A stretch of DNA of 64,000 nt from an uncultured Actinomycetota bacterium (GCA_963829635.1 CAWHJI010000006.1:1535-65534); one strand, 5' to 3'. Positions 41,315 to 52,208 are shown, numbered from the stretch's first letter. The notes: generated by a model not told the origin, from the letters alone. Program-made: numbers and translations.

Positions 41315-41806
41315 CTAGGCAGGTACCGGGTGGGAGGTGTCGGCGTCCTGGCCGGGAATGGCGCGCATCGCCAGCGAGGCGCGGTGGCCGGCCATGATCG
41401 CCACACCCATCAGCAGGAGGGCGTTCACGCCGTGCAGGCCGCCGAAGACGGCGTTGGTCTCACGTGCCAGCATCGGCAGCACGAGCACCTGCAGCACGAT
41501 CAGGCCGAAGATCCCGGCCGCCATCGCGATCCCCTTGGGGACCTTCGCGAAGAAGGAGGTGATGAGCAGGATCAGCGACGTCAGCGGGATGAGGAGCGTG
41601 CCGTTGAAGAACATGTGCACCGCGAAGCCCCACTCGGCCAGGAATCCTTCGCCGCAACCGGAGTCGCTGTCGAGGCAGGCCTTGTTGAGCACGAGGCCGT
41701 TCTGGTCGATCTCGTTGGTGACGCCGAAGAACGCCCAGGCGATCATCGCAGCCTGGACGACGACCAGCGCAGCAATCATGTACGCCAGGAATCGGTAGAC
41801 CTTCAT
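41315..41806 (-). CDS. 4-TM membrane protein upstream of the multicopper oxidase
   Basis: MKVYRFLAYMIAALVVVQAA; HMFFNG, GLHGVNA; GGGAGG SD. Confidence 0.75.
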   Translation of the reverse strand: MKVYRFLAYMIAALVVVQAAMIAWAFFGVTNEIDQNGLVLNKACLDSDSGCGEGFLAEWGFAVHMFFNGTLLIPLTSLILLITSFFAKVPKGIAMAAGIFGLIVLQVLVLPMLARETNAVFGGLHGVNALLLMGVAIMAGHRASLAMRAIPGQDADTSHPVPA

Positions 41807-41949
41807 ACGTTCCCTCCCCGTGGAGCCTGCGCGCGCGGGGTCCCGGCGCGACGGTTGCACACCGAAGGATGGTGGACCGGGGGCGCAGGGACAACGACCC
41901 TTTCAGGCTGGTCTGGACCAGCCCGACCGGGCTATGCGCGGCGGCGCTC

Positions 41950-42611
41950 TCAGCCGAACGGGAGCGGCTCGGGTGCCAGGCTGACCGCCTTCGCCCGGGC
42001 GGCGGTCAGCCGCCGGCGATGGTGCTGACGGCAGAGCACCTCGTAGGCCGACGACAGGGTCTGCCGGCGCCTCGTCGCGGGTTGTCGACGTCGCCGACGA
42101 CGACCACCTCGCCCTCGACGACCATCACGCCGTTCTCGGTGCGGGCGTTGTGCGTGGCCCGCTTGCCGCACCAGCACAGCGCCTCGACCTGGAGCACGTT
42201 CATCCGGTCGGCGAGCTCGACGAGCCGGCCGCTGCCCGGGAAGAGCTGGCTCCGGAAGTCGGTGAGGATGCCGAACGCGAACACGTCGATCTGCAGCTCG
42301 TCGACGATCCGGGCGAGCTGGTCGATCTGGCCGGGGGAGTAGAACTGGGCCTCGTCGCAGATCAGGTAGTCGATCCGGCCGCCCTGGGTGAGGTTCTGCA
42401 CGACGTAGGTCCAGAAGTCGAAGTCCTCCGCGACCTCGAGGGCGTCGTGGGTCAGCCCGAGCCGGCTGGAGAGCTTCGCCTCGCCCGCGCGGTCGTGGGT
42501 GGTGAAGATCCGCCCGACCCGTCCCCGCGCCGCGTGGTTGTGGTTGGTCTGCAGGGCAAGGGTGCTCTTGCCGGAGTCCATGGTGCCGGTGAAGAAGTGC
42601 AGTTCAGCCAC
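41950..42611 (-). CDS. tdk: thymidine kinase (frameshift ~42070)
   Basis: GTMDSGKST, SRLG, DEAQF, TDFRSQLFPGS, CWCG, YEVLCRQHH. Confidence 0.92.
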
Positions 42612-42654
42612 GGGGCGAGATCTTCTCACAGCGTGCTCGGGCAGGATGAGCCGC

Positions 42655-43476
42655 ATGAACCCGTTGATCTCGGCGGCAGACGCTCGAGGAGCACCTCGGC
42701 CAGCTGACCGTGCTGGACGTGCGCTACCGGATGGTCGGCCCGTCCGGCCCGGAGGAGTACCTCGCCGGGCACGTGCCCGGTGCCGCCTACGTCGACCTGG
42801 ACGCCGACCTCGCCGACCCGCCGGGCCGCGCCGGGCGTCATCCGCTGCCGGACGAGGCGCGCTTCGAGGCCGCGATGCGCCGGGCCGGGCGTCTCGGGCC
42901 GACCGGCCGGTCGTGGTGTACGACGACTGGGACGGCCACGCGGCCGCCCGCGCCTGGTGGCTGCTGCGCTTCCACGGCCACCCGGATGTGCGCGTTCTCG
43001 ACGGCGGCTGGCGGGCCTGGTGGGAGCTGGGTGGCGACATCGAGCAGGGCGACGTGGCATCGGTTCCGGGTGACTTCACGGTGAGCGCGGAGAAGGGGAT
43101 GTCGATGGTGACCGCCGACCACGTCCTGGACGTCCCGGTCCTCGTCGACGGCCGGGCTCCGGAGCGCTGGCGCGGCGAGGTCGAGCCGATCGACCCCGTC
43201 GCCGGGCGGATCCCCGGCGCGGTCAACGTCCCCACCGCCCGCAACCTCGACGGGGCGGGTCGCTTCCTGGCGGTCGCGGACCTGCAGGCGGTCTACGCCG
43301 ACGTCGGGATCGACGAGACGTCCGACGTGGCGGCGTACTGCGGCAGCGGGGTCACGGCGAGCCACGACGTGCTGGCGATGGCGGTCGCCGGGATCAGCGC
43401 CGCGCTCTACCCCGGCAGCTGGAGCGAGTGGATCACCGACCCGGAGCGGCCGATCGAGCGGGACACCGGTGGTTGA
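42655..43476 (+). CDS. tandem-rhodanese sulfurtransferase, SseA-like (frameshifts)
   Basis: LDVR, YLAGHVPGA, GRHPLP, ARAWWLL, LDGG, GRIPGA, YCGSGVTA, LYPGSWSEW. Confidence 0.88.
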   Translation: MNPLISAADARGAPRPADRAGRALPDGRPVRPGGVPRRARARCRLRRPGRRPRRPAGPRRASSAAGRGALRGRDAPGRASRADRPVVVYDDWDGHAAARAWWLLRFHGHPDVRVLDGGWRAWWELGGDIEQGDVASVPGDFTVSAEKGMSMVTADHVLDVPVLVDGRAPERWRGEVEPIDPVAGRIPGAVNVPTARNLDGAGRFLAVADLQAVYADVGIDETSDVAAYCGSGVTASHDVLAMAVAGISAALYPGSWSEWITDPERPIERDTGG

Positions 43477-43625
43477 GGTGCGAAGGCGCGCTAGCGCCTG
43501 AGCCTCGAAACCCGGTGAGGTAGGCGCCACCCGACCCGGCTCACCCTGCTGCCTCCGTCACCGGGTTTCGAGACGCGTCGCTCGTCCCTCGCTGCGCTCG
43601 GCCCGAGCCGACGCTCCTCAACCGA
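43466..43625. repeat. inverted pair of variant REP-like units
   Basis: ccggtggttgaggtg...gcctcgaaacccgg and ccgggtttcgagacg...ctcctcaaccga; contains ctcgtccctcg shared with the 34.5-kb units. Confidence 0.75.
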
Positions 43626-43659
43626 GTTCACCATTGGTAGGTGCTCGCTCCGCGAGCTC

Positions 43660-45663
43660 CTACCAGTGAACTCCCTTGAAGACCCTCGCCAGCATGATCT
43701 GCTCGGACTCCCGGGTCCCGCCGGAGTCGCCCTTGGCGGCGGCCGAGTCCGGGAAGACGTGGTAGGCCATGTTCAGGATCCGGAAGGCGGTCTTGGGCGC
43801 GACCGTGTGGGCGACGGCGCCGGCGTTGCCGAGGAGGGTGTTGATCTCGTGTGGCCGCTCGACCATCGCCTTGATCACGAGGTCGGCCGCCTGCGCCGGT
43901 GAGATCGTGGGGAACTTGTCGTAGAGCTTGGTGGGGGCGATCATCGGCGTCCGCACCAGGGGCATGTGGATCCCGGTGAAGGTGACGCCGTCGCCCACCA
44001 GCTCGGAGGCCACGACGTTGCTCCACGCGTCGAGCGCGGCCTTCGAGGCGACGTACGCCGAGAATCGCGGCGGGCTGGTCTGCACGCCGATCGAGGAGAT
44101 GTTGACGATGTGGCCGCGGCGCTGCTCGCGCATCTTCGGGACCAGGCCCATCACCAGGCGGATGGCGCCGAAGTAGTTCAGCTGCATGGTCCGCTCGAAG
44201 TCGTGGAACCGGTCCTGGGACAGCTTCAGCGAGCGGCGGATCGAGCGGCCGGCGTTGTTGACCACGAAGTCGATCGACGGCAGCTCGGCAGCGACCTGCT
44301 CGCAGAGCCGGTCGATGGCCTCGAGGTCGGAGAGGTCGCAGGGGAACACGTGGGCCTGGCCGCCCCGCAGCTCGATCGTCGCCTTGGTGTCCTCCAGCTT
44401 GTCCTTGCCGCGGGCGACGAGCACAGGGATGCCGCCAGCCTGGGCGACCTTGAGCGCGGTGGTCTGCCCGATGCCGGAGGAGGCTCCGGTGATCAGGACG
44501 TACTTGCCCGACAACGCCTCACGGATCCGGGCGTCGCGGCCGGTGGTGGTGTCGAGGTTGTCCTCCCAGTAGCCCCAGAGCGTGCGGGCGTACGACTCGA
44601 GGTCGGGGACCCCGATGCCCGACCCGCCCAGCGCCTTCTCGGTCGCGCGGGAGTCGAACTCCGCGGTGAAGTTGGTGTGTGCGAGGACCTCTGCCGGGAC
44701 GCCGAACCGGCCGACGGTCTGGTCGAGGAGCAGCTGGGCGGGACGCGACTTGACGATCGCCGTGGTGATCGACAGCGGCCGCAGCCGGCGGGGGACGAGG
44801 GAGAGCGGTCCGGCGGAGGTGACCCGGCGGTCGATCGGCGTCGCGAACTGCGGCGCTCCGGCGGCCGAGCAGAACATGTTGATCATGTCGACCACGGGCT
44901 GCGGCTCGGGGTTGACCAGGTGGAAGGCCTCGCCGTCGCGGTCGGGGAGGTGGGCGAGGTGGTCCATCGCCTTGGCGACGTAGTCGACCGGCACGACGTT
45001 GGTGTCGCCGAGGTCGATCCCGACGAGCGGCAGCCACGCGGGCAGCCGGTCGCGCAGGACCTTCATGGTCGGGAAGAAGTAGTAGGGGCCGTCGACCTTG
45101 TCCATCTCGCCGGTCTGGCTGTCGCCGACGACGATCGAGGGGCGGTAGACCCGCCACGGCACCCGTGCCTCTTCGCGGACGATCTTCTCGGACTCATACT
45201 TCGTCCGGTGGTACGGCGAGGGCAGGTGCTGGCCCTCGTCGAACATCGTCTCGTCGAACCGGCCGTGGTACTCGCCGGCGGCCGCGACCGAGGAGACCTG
45301 GTGGAAGCAGCCGACCTCCAGGGCGTCCGCCAGCTCCAGCGCGTTGCGGGTGCCGCCGACGTTCATCGTCTCGTTGGTCGCGTCGTCGGCGGTCATGTCG
45401 TAGATCGCCGCGAGGTGGAAGAAGTGGTCGATCTTCCCGGCGTGCGCGCTGACCCACTCCTCGTCGACCCCGAGCCCGGCCTGGGCGAGATCGCCGGTGA
45501 CGGGAACGACTCGGTTGGTGCCCCAACGCCGGATCAGCGTCTCCATGCGGGCCAGGGAGCCCTCGCGGACGAGGACGAAGATGTCACCCTCGCGGTGGTC
45601 GAGCAGCTCCTGGACGAGGTGACGGCCGATGAATCCGGTGGCACCGGTGACGAAGTAGCCCAT
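43660..45663 (-). CDS. two-domain SDR oxidoreductase (AcrA1-like fatty acyl-CoA reductase)
   Basis: TGATGFIG, HLAAIYD, YHRTK, TGASSGIG, NNAGRSIRR, YVASK. Confidence 0.88.
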   Translation of the reverse strand: MGYFVTGATGFIGRHLVQELLDHREGDIFVLVREGSLARMETLIRRWGTNRVVPVTGDLAQAGLGVDEEWVSAHAGKIDHFFHLAAIYDMTADDATNETMNVGGTRNALELADALEVGCFHQVSSVAAAGEYHGRFDETMFDEGQHLPSPYHRTKYESEKIVREEARVPWRVYRPSIVVGDSQTGEMDKVDGPYYFFPTMKVLRDRLPAWLPLVGIDLGDTNVVPVDYVAKAMDHLAHLPDRDGEAFHLVNPEPQPVVDMINMFCSAAGAPQFATPIDRRVTSAGPLSLVPRRLRPLSITTAIVKSRPAQLLLDQTVGRFGVPAEVLAHTNFTAEFDSRATEKALGGSGIGVPDLESYARTLWGYWEDNLDTTTGRDARIREALSGKYVLITGASSGIGQTTALKVAQAGGIPVLVARGKDKLEDTKATIELRGGQAHVFPCDLSDLEAIDRLCEQVAAELPSIDFVVNNAGRSIRRSLKLSQDRFHDFERTMQLNYFGAIRLVMGLVPKMREQRRGHIVNISSIGVQTSPPRFSAYVASKAALDAWSNVVASELVGDGVTFTGIHMPLVRTPMIAPTKLYDKFPTISPAQAADLVIKAMVERPHEINTLLGNAGAVAHTVAPKTAFRILNMAYHVFPDSAAAKGDSGGTRESEQIMLARVFKGVHW

Positions 45664-45722
45664 GGGCGGAGACTACCGCCGGGTAGAGCCCTCCGGCAGG
45701 GGTGACCATTCCACCAACGGCG

Positions 45723-46672
45723 TCACTCGTTCTTGCCCCGCCGAACATGATCTCGTCCCAGCTCGGCACCGAGGCGCGGCCCTTCTTCTTGGCCGGGCGA
45801 CGTGCGGTGGGCTCCTCGGGTTCGGTGTCGCGTCCGGGCTCCTCGGCGGCCGGCTCGTCGCGGACCGCCGGGGTCTCGGCGGTGGGCGGCTCGTCGTCGA
45901 GGTAGGCCTCCATGGGCTGCTCGGCGCCGAGGCTGGCCGACTCGTCGGCAGCCTCCTCGTCGGAATCCACGCCCTCGTCGCTGACCATCTCGATCGCGTC
46001 GTCACCCAGCGGCAGCTCGTCGTGGGGTACGGCGGAGCGGCGCCGCGCGCGGGCCCGCTCGAGGTCGTTGCGGGCCGGGGCGGCGGTTCCCGTCGAGGCG
46101 CCGCCCTCGCCGACGAGCCAGCGCGCGTCGTCGTTCTCGAGGGTGACGTAGTTGCCGGGCTGGTCGAAGGTGAAGCTGGCCGTGCCGCTCCGCTTGCCGG
46201 CGGTGTACTCGCCGGTCAGGCTCCACCGGCCGTCCTCGCGTCGGGAGGCGTCCCACTCGACGGTGTCGGGGTCGACGTTCAGGGCGCGGAGGTGGACCGA
46301 GATCGCCTCGCCCAGGGTGCGGGCGCCGGAGTCGCCGGCCCGGCGGCGTACGGAGGAACGCTGGGCCCGCTCGGCGACGTGCTGGCGCTCGGCGATGACC
46401 GGTGCGGCGAACGCCATGATCCGGTCGACGGTCGTCTGCGCCGCCTGGGCGACGGACTCGGGCGACTCACCCGCCCGGATCCGGGCCTGGATGTCGCGGG
46501 GGCGGAGGGCTGAGTCCATCTTGATCTCCAACTGGCCGATGCGGGCATGGTCGCCGCGGATGGCTGCCTTGAGGCGGGCGTCGACGTCCAGGGTGAACTC
46601 GACTCCCTTGTCACTCACGAGGAGCAGGCGCTTGCCGTCATCGCTCAGACCGGCGAGCGTGAGGTGCGCCAT
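45723..46672 (-). CDS. sepH: septation protein SepH (DUF3071); true stop probably 45723 after a homopolymer slip
   Basis: LRPRDIQARIRAGES, FAAPVIAER, WDASRREDGRW, C-terminal RASVPSWDEIMFG. Confidence 0.88.
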
Positions 46673-46797
46673 GGTGGTGCGGTCTCCTGGTCGTGGGTGC
46701 TTGGTGCTGCTGATTGGGGCGAGCCTACGCCAGCGGCAGCAGGCGGGGCGGCTTCCGCGTACGGCGGGTCTGTGCTGGTCATCGGTAGGGTCCCCCC

Positions 46798-47437
46798 GTG
46801 CAGCCGGAACCGTCGACCACCCTGGTCGTGCTCGACCTGGTGGGGATCTTCGTCTTCGCCATCTCCGGAGCGCTGGTGGCGGTCCGCAAGGGGCTCGACC
46901 TGTTCGGGGTCCTGGTGCTGGCGGGCACGACCGGGCTCGGCGGGGGCTTCCTGCGCGACGTGCTGATCGGCGCCACCCCTCCCGCGGCTCTGGACGACTG
47001 GCGCTACCTGCTCGTGCCGGTCGGCGCCGGCCTGCTGGCGTTCTTCTACCACCCGACGCTGGGCCGGATGGAGCGCCAGGTCAACGTGTTCGACGCGTTC
47101 GGGTTGGCCGCTGTTCTGCGTGACCGGGGCGCTCAAGGCGCTGGACTACGGGCTCGGGCCGCTGCCGGCGGCGCTGATGGGGATGGTGACCGGCATCGGC
47201 GGCGGCATGGCCCGCGACCTCCTCGCCGGCCGGGTGCCGGCGGTCTTCCGCGGGGAGCTCTACGCAACCCCGGCGCTGGCGGGTGCCGGCATCGCCGTGG
47301 TGCTCGCGAAGTACGGCCCCGACCTCCCCGTGCTCCTGGTCGCCGCCCTCGGGGGTGGGGCGTGCCTGGCCTGGCGGCTCCTCGCGATGTGGCGGCACTG
47401 GCGAGCGCCGGTGCCGACCGGCCCGTCCAGCGTGTGA
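46798..47437 (+). CDS. UPF0126/TRIC-family membrane protein (frameshift ~47112)
   Basis: DLVGIFVFAISGA, GLGGGFLRD, DAFGL, GIGGGMARD, ELYATPA. Confidence 0.88.
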
Positions 47438-47445
47438 CCGCTCAC

Positions 47446-47515
47446 CCCCGTCGTCCGTGACGAAATGGTTGCTCCGCGGCGCGATTTCGCAACCAGAACG
47501 TCACGGACGACGGGG
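47446..47515. terminator. long bulged hairpin between convergent genes
   Basis: ccccgtcgtccgtgacg-aaa-tggttgc ... gcaacca-gaa-cgtcacggacgacgggg. Confidence 0.65.
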
Positions 47516-47538
47516 TCCACGCGAGGGAGAGGTTCGGC

Positions 47539-48840
47539 TCAGTCCCCGAGAATCGTCCGCAGGTGCTCGTTGGTGAAGAGGCGTTCGGGGTCGAGCCGGT
47601 CGCGCATCGCCACGAAGTCGTCGAACCGGTCGTAGGACGCGCGCAGGTCGGCGGCGGTCTGGGAGTGCAGCTTCCCCCAGTGCGGCCGGCCGTCGTGGGC
47701 GCGCATCACGTCCTCGACCGCCGCGAAGTAGGCCCGGTGGTCGGCGTCGCGGTGGGTGTGGAAGGCGAGGTAGCACGTGTCCCGGCCGTACGCCGTGGAC
47801 AGCGGGACGTCGTCGGCGGGCGCGACCCGCAGCTCGACCGGGAAGCTGATCCGCCAGTCCGAGGCCTCGATCACCCGGCGCGCCTCGCGCAGCGCGTCGA
47901 GGCCGGCCGCGCGCGGGACGGCGTACTCCATCTCGCGGAAGACCACCCGTCGCGGCGAGGTGAACACCCGGTGCGCGACGTCGCTGTAGGTGCGCGCGGA
48001 GAGGACGCGCGAGGTGAACTGGTTCATCCGCGGGATCATCCGCGGGGTGCGGTTGGCGCCTGCGGTGAGCATGCCGAAGACGGCGTTGGAGAGGAGGTCG
48101 TCGTCGAGCCAGCCGCGGAACCGGCCCAAGGGCTCGGCCTCGGAGAGCGGCGCGTCCAGCCGGTCGTTGGTCTTCACCAGCATCCGGTCGGTGTGCGGGA
48201 ACCAGTAGGCGTCGACGTGGTGGTGCGTCGCGACCAGCTCGTCGTACGACGCGAGGGCGGCGTCCCAGGTCATCGGCTGCTCGTGCGCCTCCAGCAGGAA
48301 CAGCGGCTCGACCCGGAACGTGATCGTGGTCAGGATCCCGAGGGCGCCGAGCCCGAGCCGCGCGAGCTCGAGGACGTCGGCGTTCTCCGTGGCGGTGGCC
48401 CGCAGGACCTGGCCGGTCCCGGTGACCAGCTCCAGGCCGGCGACCTGGGCGGACAGCCCGGCGGCGACCCCGCCGGTGCCGTGCGTGCCGGTCGAGATCG
48501 CCCCGGCGAGCGTCTGCTCGGCGATGTCGCCCATGTTGTGCAGGGACAGCCCGAGCTGCTCCAGCCCGGTGTTGAGCACGTGCAGCGGGGTGCCCGCCAG
48601 CGCGGTCACCGTCATCGCGTCGCGGTCGACCGCCACGATGCCGCTCAGGCGCTCCGGGTGCAGCATGGTGTGCTCCGCCGCGGCGATCGGGGTGAAGCTG
48701 TGGCCGGTGCCGACCATCTTCACCCGCGACCGCTCGAACCTCGCCCGCTCGACCGCGGCGACGACGGCCGCTGCGTCGACGGGGTGTGCCTCCCGCTGCG
48801 GCTGGGCGGACACCAGCCCGGACCAGTTGTGCCACGTCAC
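47539..48840 (-). CDS. FAD-linked D-arabinono-1,4-lactone oxidase family protein
   Basis: WHNWSG, VGTGHSFT, AGAISTGTHG, LGLGALG, EMEYAVP, GRPHWGK, DPERLFTN. Confidence 0.9.
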   Translation of the reverse strand: MTWHNWSGLVSAQPQREAHPVDAAAVVAAVERARFERSRVKMVGTGHSFTPIAAAEHTMLHPERLSGIVAVDRDAMTVTALAGTPLHVLNTGLEQLGLSLHNMGDIAEQTLAGAISTGTHGTGGVAAGLSAQVAGLELVTGTGQVLRATATENADVLELARLGLGALGILTTITFRVEPLFLLEAHEQPMTWDAALASYDELVATHHHVDAYWFPHTDRMLVKTNDRLDAPLSEAEPLGRFRGWLDDDLLSNAVFGMLTAGANRTPRMIPRMNQFTSRVLSARTYSDVAHRVFTSPRRVVFREMEYAVPRAAGLDALREARRVIEASDWRISFPVELRVAPADDVPLSTAYGRDTCYLAFHTHRDADHRAYFAAVEDVMRAHDGRPHWGKLHSQTAADLRASYDRFDDFVAMRDRLDPERLFTNEHLRTILGD

Positions 48841-50024
48841 GGGCGGGAGCCTAGCTGGCGCGGGATGGCCTGGGCGGCGAGGGCGGCCACCAGGCCGGCG
48901 CCGACGGAGACGAGGAACGCCGGCGAGGCGCCGGAGGAGTCCACGACGATGCCGGCGAGGGTCGCGCCCGGTGCGACCCCGGCCACCAGGCCGGTGTGCA
49001 TGATCGCCATCCCCTCGGTGAGCCGCGCCGGCGGAACCTCCCGCTCGGTGAGGGACATCGTGGCGATGAGGGTGGGCGCGATCGCGAAGCCGGCGAGGAG
49101 GAGCGCGGCGCCCATCACCCCGACCGACCCGATGAACGTGAGCGGGACCATCGCCAGGAACATCGCGAACGCGCCCCACCGCACCCGTACGTCGGGGCCG
49201 CGGCGCCAGTGGACGGCTCCGGTGAGCAGGCCGGCGAGCAGGCTCCCCAGCGCCCAGAGCGCGAGCAGCGGCCCGGCGTACCCGCGACTGCCCTGCTCCT
49301 CCGAGAACGCCACGGCGGTCACCTCGGCGGCACCGAACAGGGTGCCGAGCGCGGTGGAGACCAGGGCCAGGGGGAGGACCGTCGCCCAGGGCATCCCCGG
49401 CCGAGGCCCGCTCGCGCTGCCGCCGCGGTGCGCGGGTGGCTCGGTGGCGCGCTGGGCGGCGAAGAACCACGTGCCGAGGACCCCGGCGACCAGCGCGGAG
49501 GCCAGCCCCGCGACCGGGTGCACGGCCGTGGCGAGGACCGTCACCAGGATCGGACCCAGCATGAAGACGGCCTCGTCGGCCACCGCCTCGAGCGCGAACG
49601 CCGTCTGCAGCTGGTCGGGCGAGTCCAGCACGTGCGACCAGCGGGCGCGGACGCACGACCCGACCGACGGCAGCCCGCCGCCGGCGATCGCCGCGAGCAG
49701 GTAGGAGACGCCGACCGGCCACCCCGCCTGCACCGACCACACCAGGAGGGCGAGCGCGGCGCCGAACACCGAGACCACGACCGGCAGCACCCGCGCCTGG
49801 CCGAGCCGGTCGAGCAGCCGGCCCTGGACGATCGCGAAGCCGCCGTTGGCGAGCAGGTAGACCGCCGACACGGAGCCGGCGAGGCCGTAGGACCCGGTCT
49901 CCGCGGAGACCAGGAGGACGATGCCGAGGCTCACCATCGAGATCGGCAGGCGCGCCACCAACCCGGTCGCGCTGAACAGCAGCGTCCCGGGGACGGCCAG
50001 GATCCGACGGTACGACGAGAGCAT
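48837..50024 (-). CDS. MFS transporter
   Basis: About 12 TM; ARLPISM, GRLLDRLGQ, RARWSH, ALEAVADEAVFMLGP. Confidence 0.88.
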   Translation of the reverse strand: MLSSYRRILAVPGTLLFSATGLVARLPISMVSLGIVLLVSAETGSYGLAGSVSAVYLLANGGFAIVQGRLLDRLGQARVLPVVVSVFGAALALLVWSVQAGWPVGVSYLLAAIAGGGLPSVGSCVRARWSHVLDSPDQLQTAFALEAVADEAVFMLGPILVTVLATAVHPVAGLASALVAGVLGTWFFAAQRATEPPAHRGGSASGPRPGMPWATVLPLALVSTALGTLFGAAEVTAVAFSEEQGSRGYAGPLLALWALGSLLAGLLTGAVHWRRGPDVRVRWGAFAMFLAMVPLTFIGSVGVMGAALLLAGFAIAPTLIATMSLTEREVPPARLTEGMAIMHTGLVAGVAPGATLAGIVVDSSGASPAFLVSVGAGLVAALAAQAIPRQLGSRP

Positions 50025-50112
50025 CTCGCGCCGAGACTAGGACCGCCGCACGGGGCCGACCGAATCCTCGGGCGCCCGCCCGGATGCTCGGCACCTCCCT
50101 ACGATGGGGGAC

Positions 50113-51204
50113 ATGCCTCCCCCCGACGTCGCGCCGTACGACGCCCTGCTGCTGGTGTCGTTCGGCGGACCCGAAGGGCCCGACGACGTCATCCCGTTCC
50201 TGGAGAACGTCACCCGCGGCCGCGGCATCCCGACCGAGCGGCTCGCCGAGGTCGGCGAGCACTACCACCTCTTCGGGGGGCGCTCGCCGATCAACGACCA
50301 GAACCGCGCTCTGCTGGCCGCGATCCGCGAGGACCTGGCCGGAGCCGGGATCGACCTCCCGGTCTACTGGGGCAACCGCAACTGGGACCCCTACCTCACC
50401 GACACGGTCCGCCGGATGGCCGAGGACGGCGTCACCCGGGCCGCCTGCTTCACCACCAGTGCCTACTCGTCGTACTCCTCCTGCCGGCAGTACCGCGAGA
50501 ACCTCGCCGACGCCGGCGACGGCGTCGAGAGCGCGCCGGTGCTGGACCGGCTGCGCCAGTACTTCAACCACCCGGGCTTCGTCGAGCCGGTCGTGGACGC
50601 CACCCTGGCCGCCCTCGCCGAGCTGCCGGACCCGGTGCGCGACGCCGCCCACCTGGTCTTCGTCACCCACTCGATCCCGGAGTCGATGAACGAGGGGAGC
50701 GGGCGGCAGGGGAGCGCCTACGTCCACCAGCACCGCAGCGTGGTGGCGGAGGTCGTGGACCGGATCCGCCAGGAGACCGGACGCCGGAACCCCCACGAGC
50801 TGGTCTACTGCTCCCGCTCGGGGCCGGCCCACGTCCCCTGGCTCGAGCCCGACGTCAACGACCACCTCGAGCAGCTGTCCCGGAAGGGCGCCCCCGCCGT
50901 CGTGCTCGTCCCCGTGGGCTTCGTCTCCGACCACATGGAGGTCATCTACGACCTCGACACCGAGGCCCTCGCCACGGCCGAGAAGCTCGACCTGCCCGCC
51001 GTCCGCGCCGCCACCCCGGGGATCGACCCGCGGTTCGTCGCGATGGTGCGCGACCTGCTCGTGGAGCGTGCCGCCACCGAGCGCGGCGAGCGGCCACGGC
51101 GACGGGCCGTCGGCAGCCTGCAGGCCTGGTGGGACCACTGCGCCGAGGGCTGCTGCCCCAATCCGCGCGGCACGCGGCCGGCCGTGGGCGGGGTCGGATC
51201 CTGA
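50113..51204 (+). CDS. hemH: (copro)ferrochelatase
   Basis: [54 protein letters not shown]. Confidence 0.93.
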   Translation: MPPPDVAPYDALLLVSFGGPEGPDDVIPFLENVTRGRGIPTERLAEVGEHYHLFGGRSPINDQNRALLAAIREDLAGAGIDLPVYWGNRNWDPYLTDTVRRMAEDGVTRAACFTTSAYSSYSSCRQYRENLADAGDGVESAPVLDRLRQYFNHPGFVEPVVDATLAALAELPDPVRDAAHLVFVTHSIPESMNEGSGRQGSAYVHQHRSVVAEVVDRIRQETGRRNPHELVYCSRSGPAHVPWLEPDVNDHLEQLSRKGAPAVVLVPVGFVSDHMEVIYDLDTEALATAEKLDLPAVRAATPGIDPRFVAMVRDLLVERAATERGERPRRRAVGSLQAWWDHCAEGCCPNPRGTRPAVGGVGS

Positions 51205-52056
51205 TGGCGGACCCCCGGAGTGCGAGCCACCTCGTCGAGGTGGCGCGCTACGCCGCCGGGCAGGCCGCCCAGCTGGTCCGTGACCGCCGGAGGGACGGGG
51301 TCACCGTCACGGGGACGAAGTCGAGCGAGATCGACATCGTCACCGAGACCGACCGGGAGAGCGAGTCGCTGATCCGTGAGCTGATCGAGGCCGCACGTCC
51401 CGACGACGACTTCCTGGGGGAGGAGGGGGTCGCGACGGGTTCGGCCACCGGATCCTCCGGCAGCTCCGGCGTCCGGTGGGTCGTCGACCCGATCGACGGC
51501 ACGGTCAACTACCTCTACGGGCTCCCGCAGTACGCCGTGTCCATCGCGGCCGAGCGCGACGGCGTCGTCGTCGCAGGGGTCGTGGTCGACGTGGCGAGCG
51601 GCACCGAGTACGCCGGCGAGCGGCACCCGTCCGGCGAGGTGACGTCGCTGCGCGACGGCTGCGCGATCGCCGTACGCGACCCGGCTCCGCTGGCCCAGCG
51701 CCTGATCGCCACCGGGTTCAGCTACGAGAAGGACGTGCGCGCGCTCCAGGCGGCCGCGACCGCGCGGCTGCTCCCGCACATCCGCGACATCCGCCGGCTG
51801 GGCTCGTGCGCGCTCGACCTGTGCCACGTGGCCGAGGGGCAGGCTCGACGGCTACGTCGAGGAGGGGGTCCAGCCCTGGGACCATGCCGCCGGAGCGCTG
51901 ATCGCCGAGGGGGCCGGGGCTCGCGTCGAGCTGGCAGCAGGAGCGGCCGGCCGGCCGCTGGTCCTGTGCGCTCCCGAGCACGGGTTCGCCACCCTGCAGG
52001 AGGCGGTCCGGGACGCAGGGTTTCTGGCCGGATCCCGCCCCGAACCCCGGGAATAG
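51204..52056 (+). CDS. suhB: inositol monophosphatase (frameshift ~51840)
   Basis: DIVTETD, FLGEEG, WVVDPIDGTVNY, RRLGSCALDL, WDHAAG. Confidence 0.88.
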
Positions 52057-52075
52057 GCGCACCCTGAGGCGTGTT
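52050..52075 (+). promoter_or_regulatory. SigR/SigH-type promoter upstream of the DUF4193 gene
   Basis: GGAAT-N18-GTT. Confidence 0.65.
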
Positions 52076-52208
52076 GTCGCGACACGTCGTGGAACCGATG
52101 TGCACCCCGAGTCACTGATGGTGCACAATCTGGCGCCGACGCACACAACGTGAACGTGCCGACCAGCAGCGGACAAGGCACCTGCCGGGGAGAGGGGAGT
52201 GGACACCG

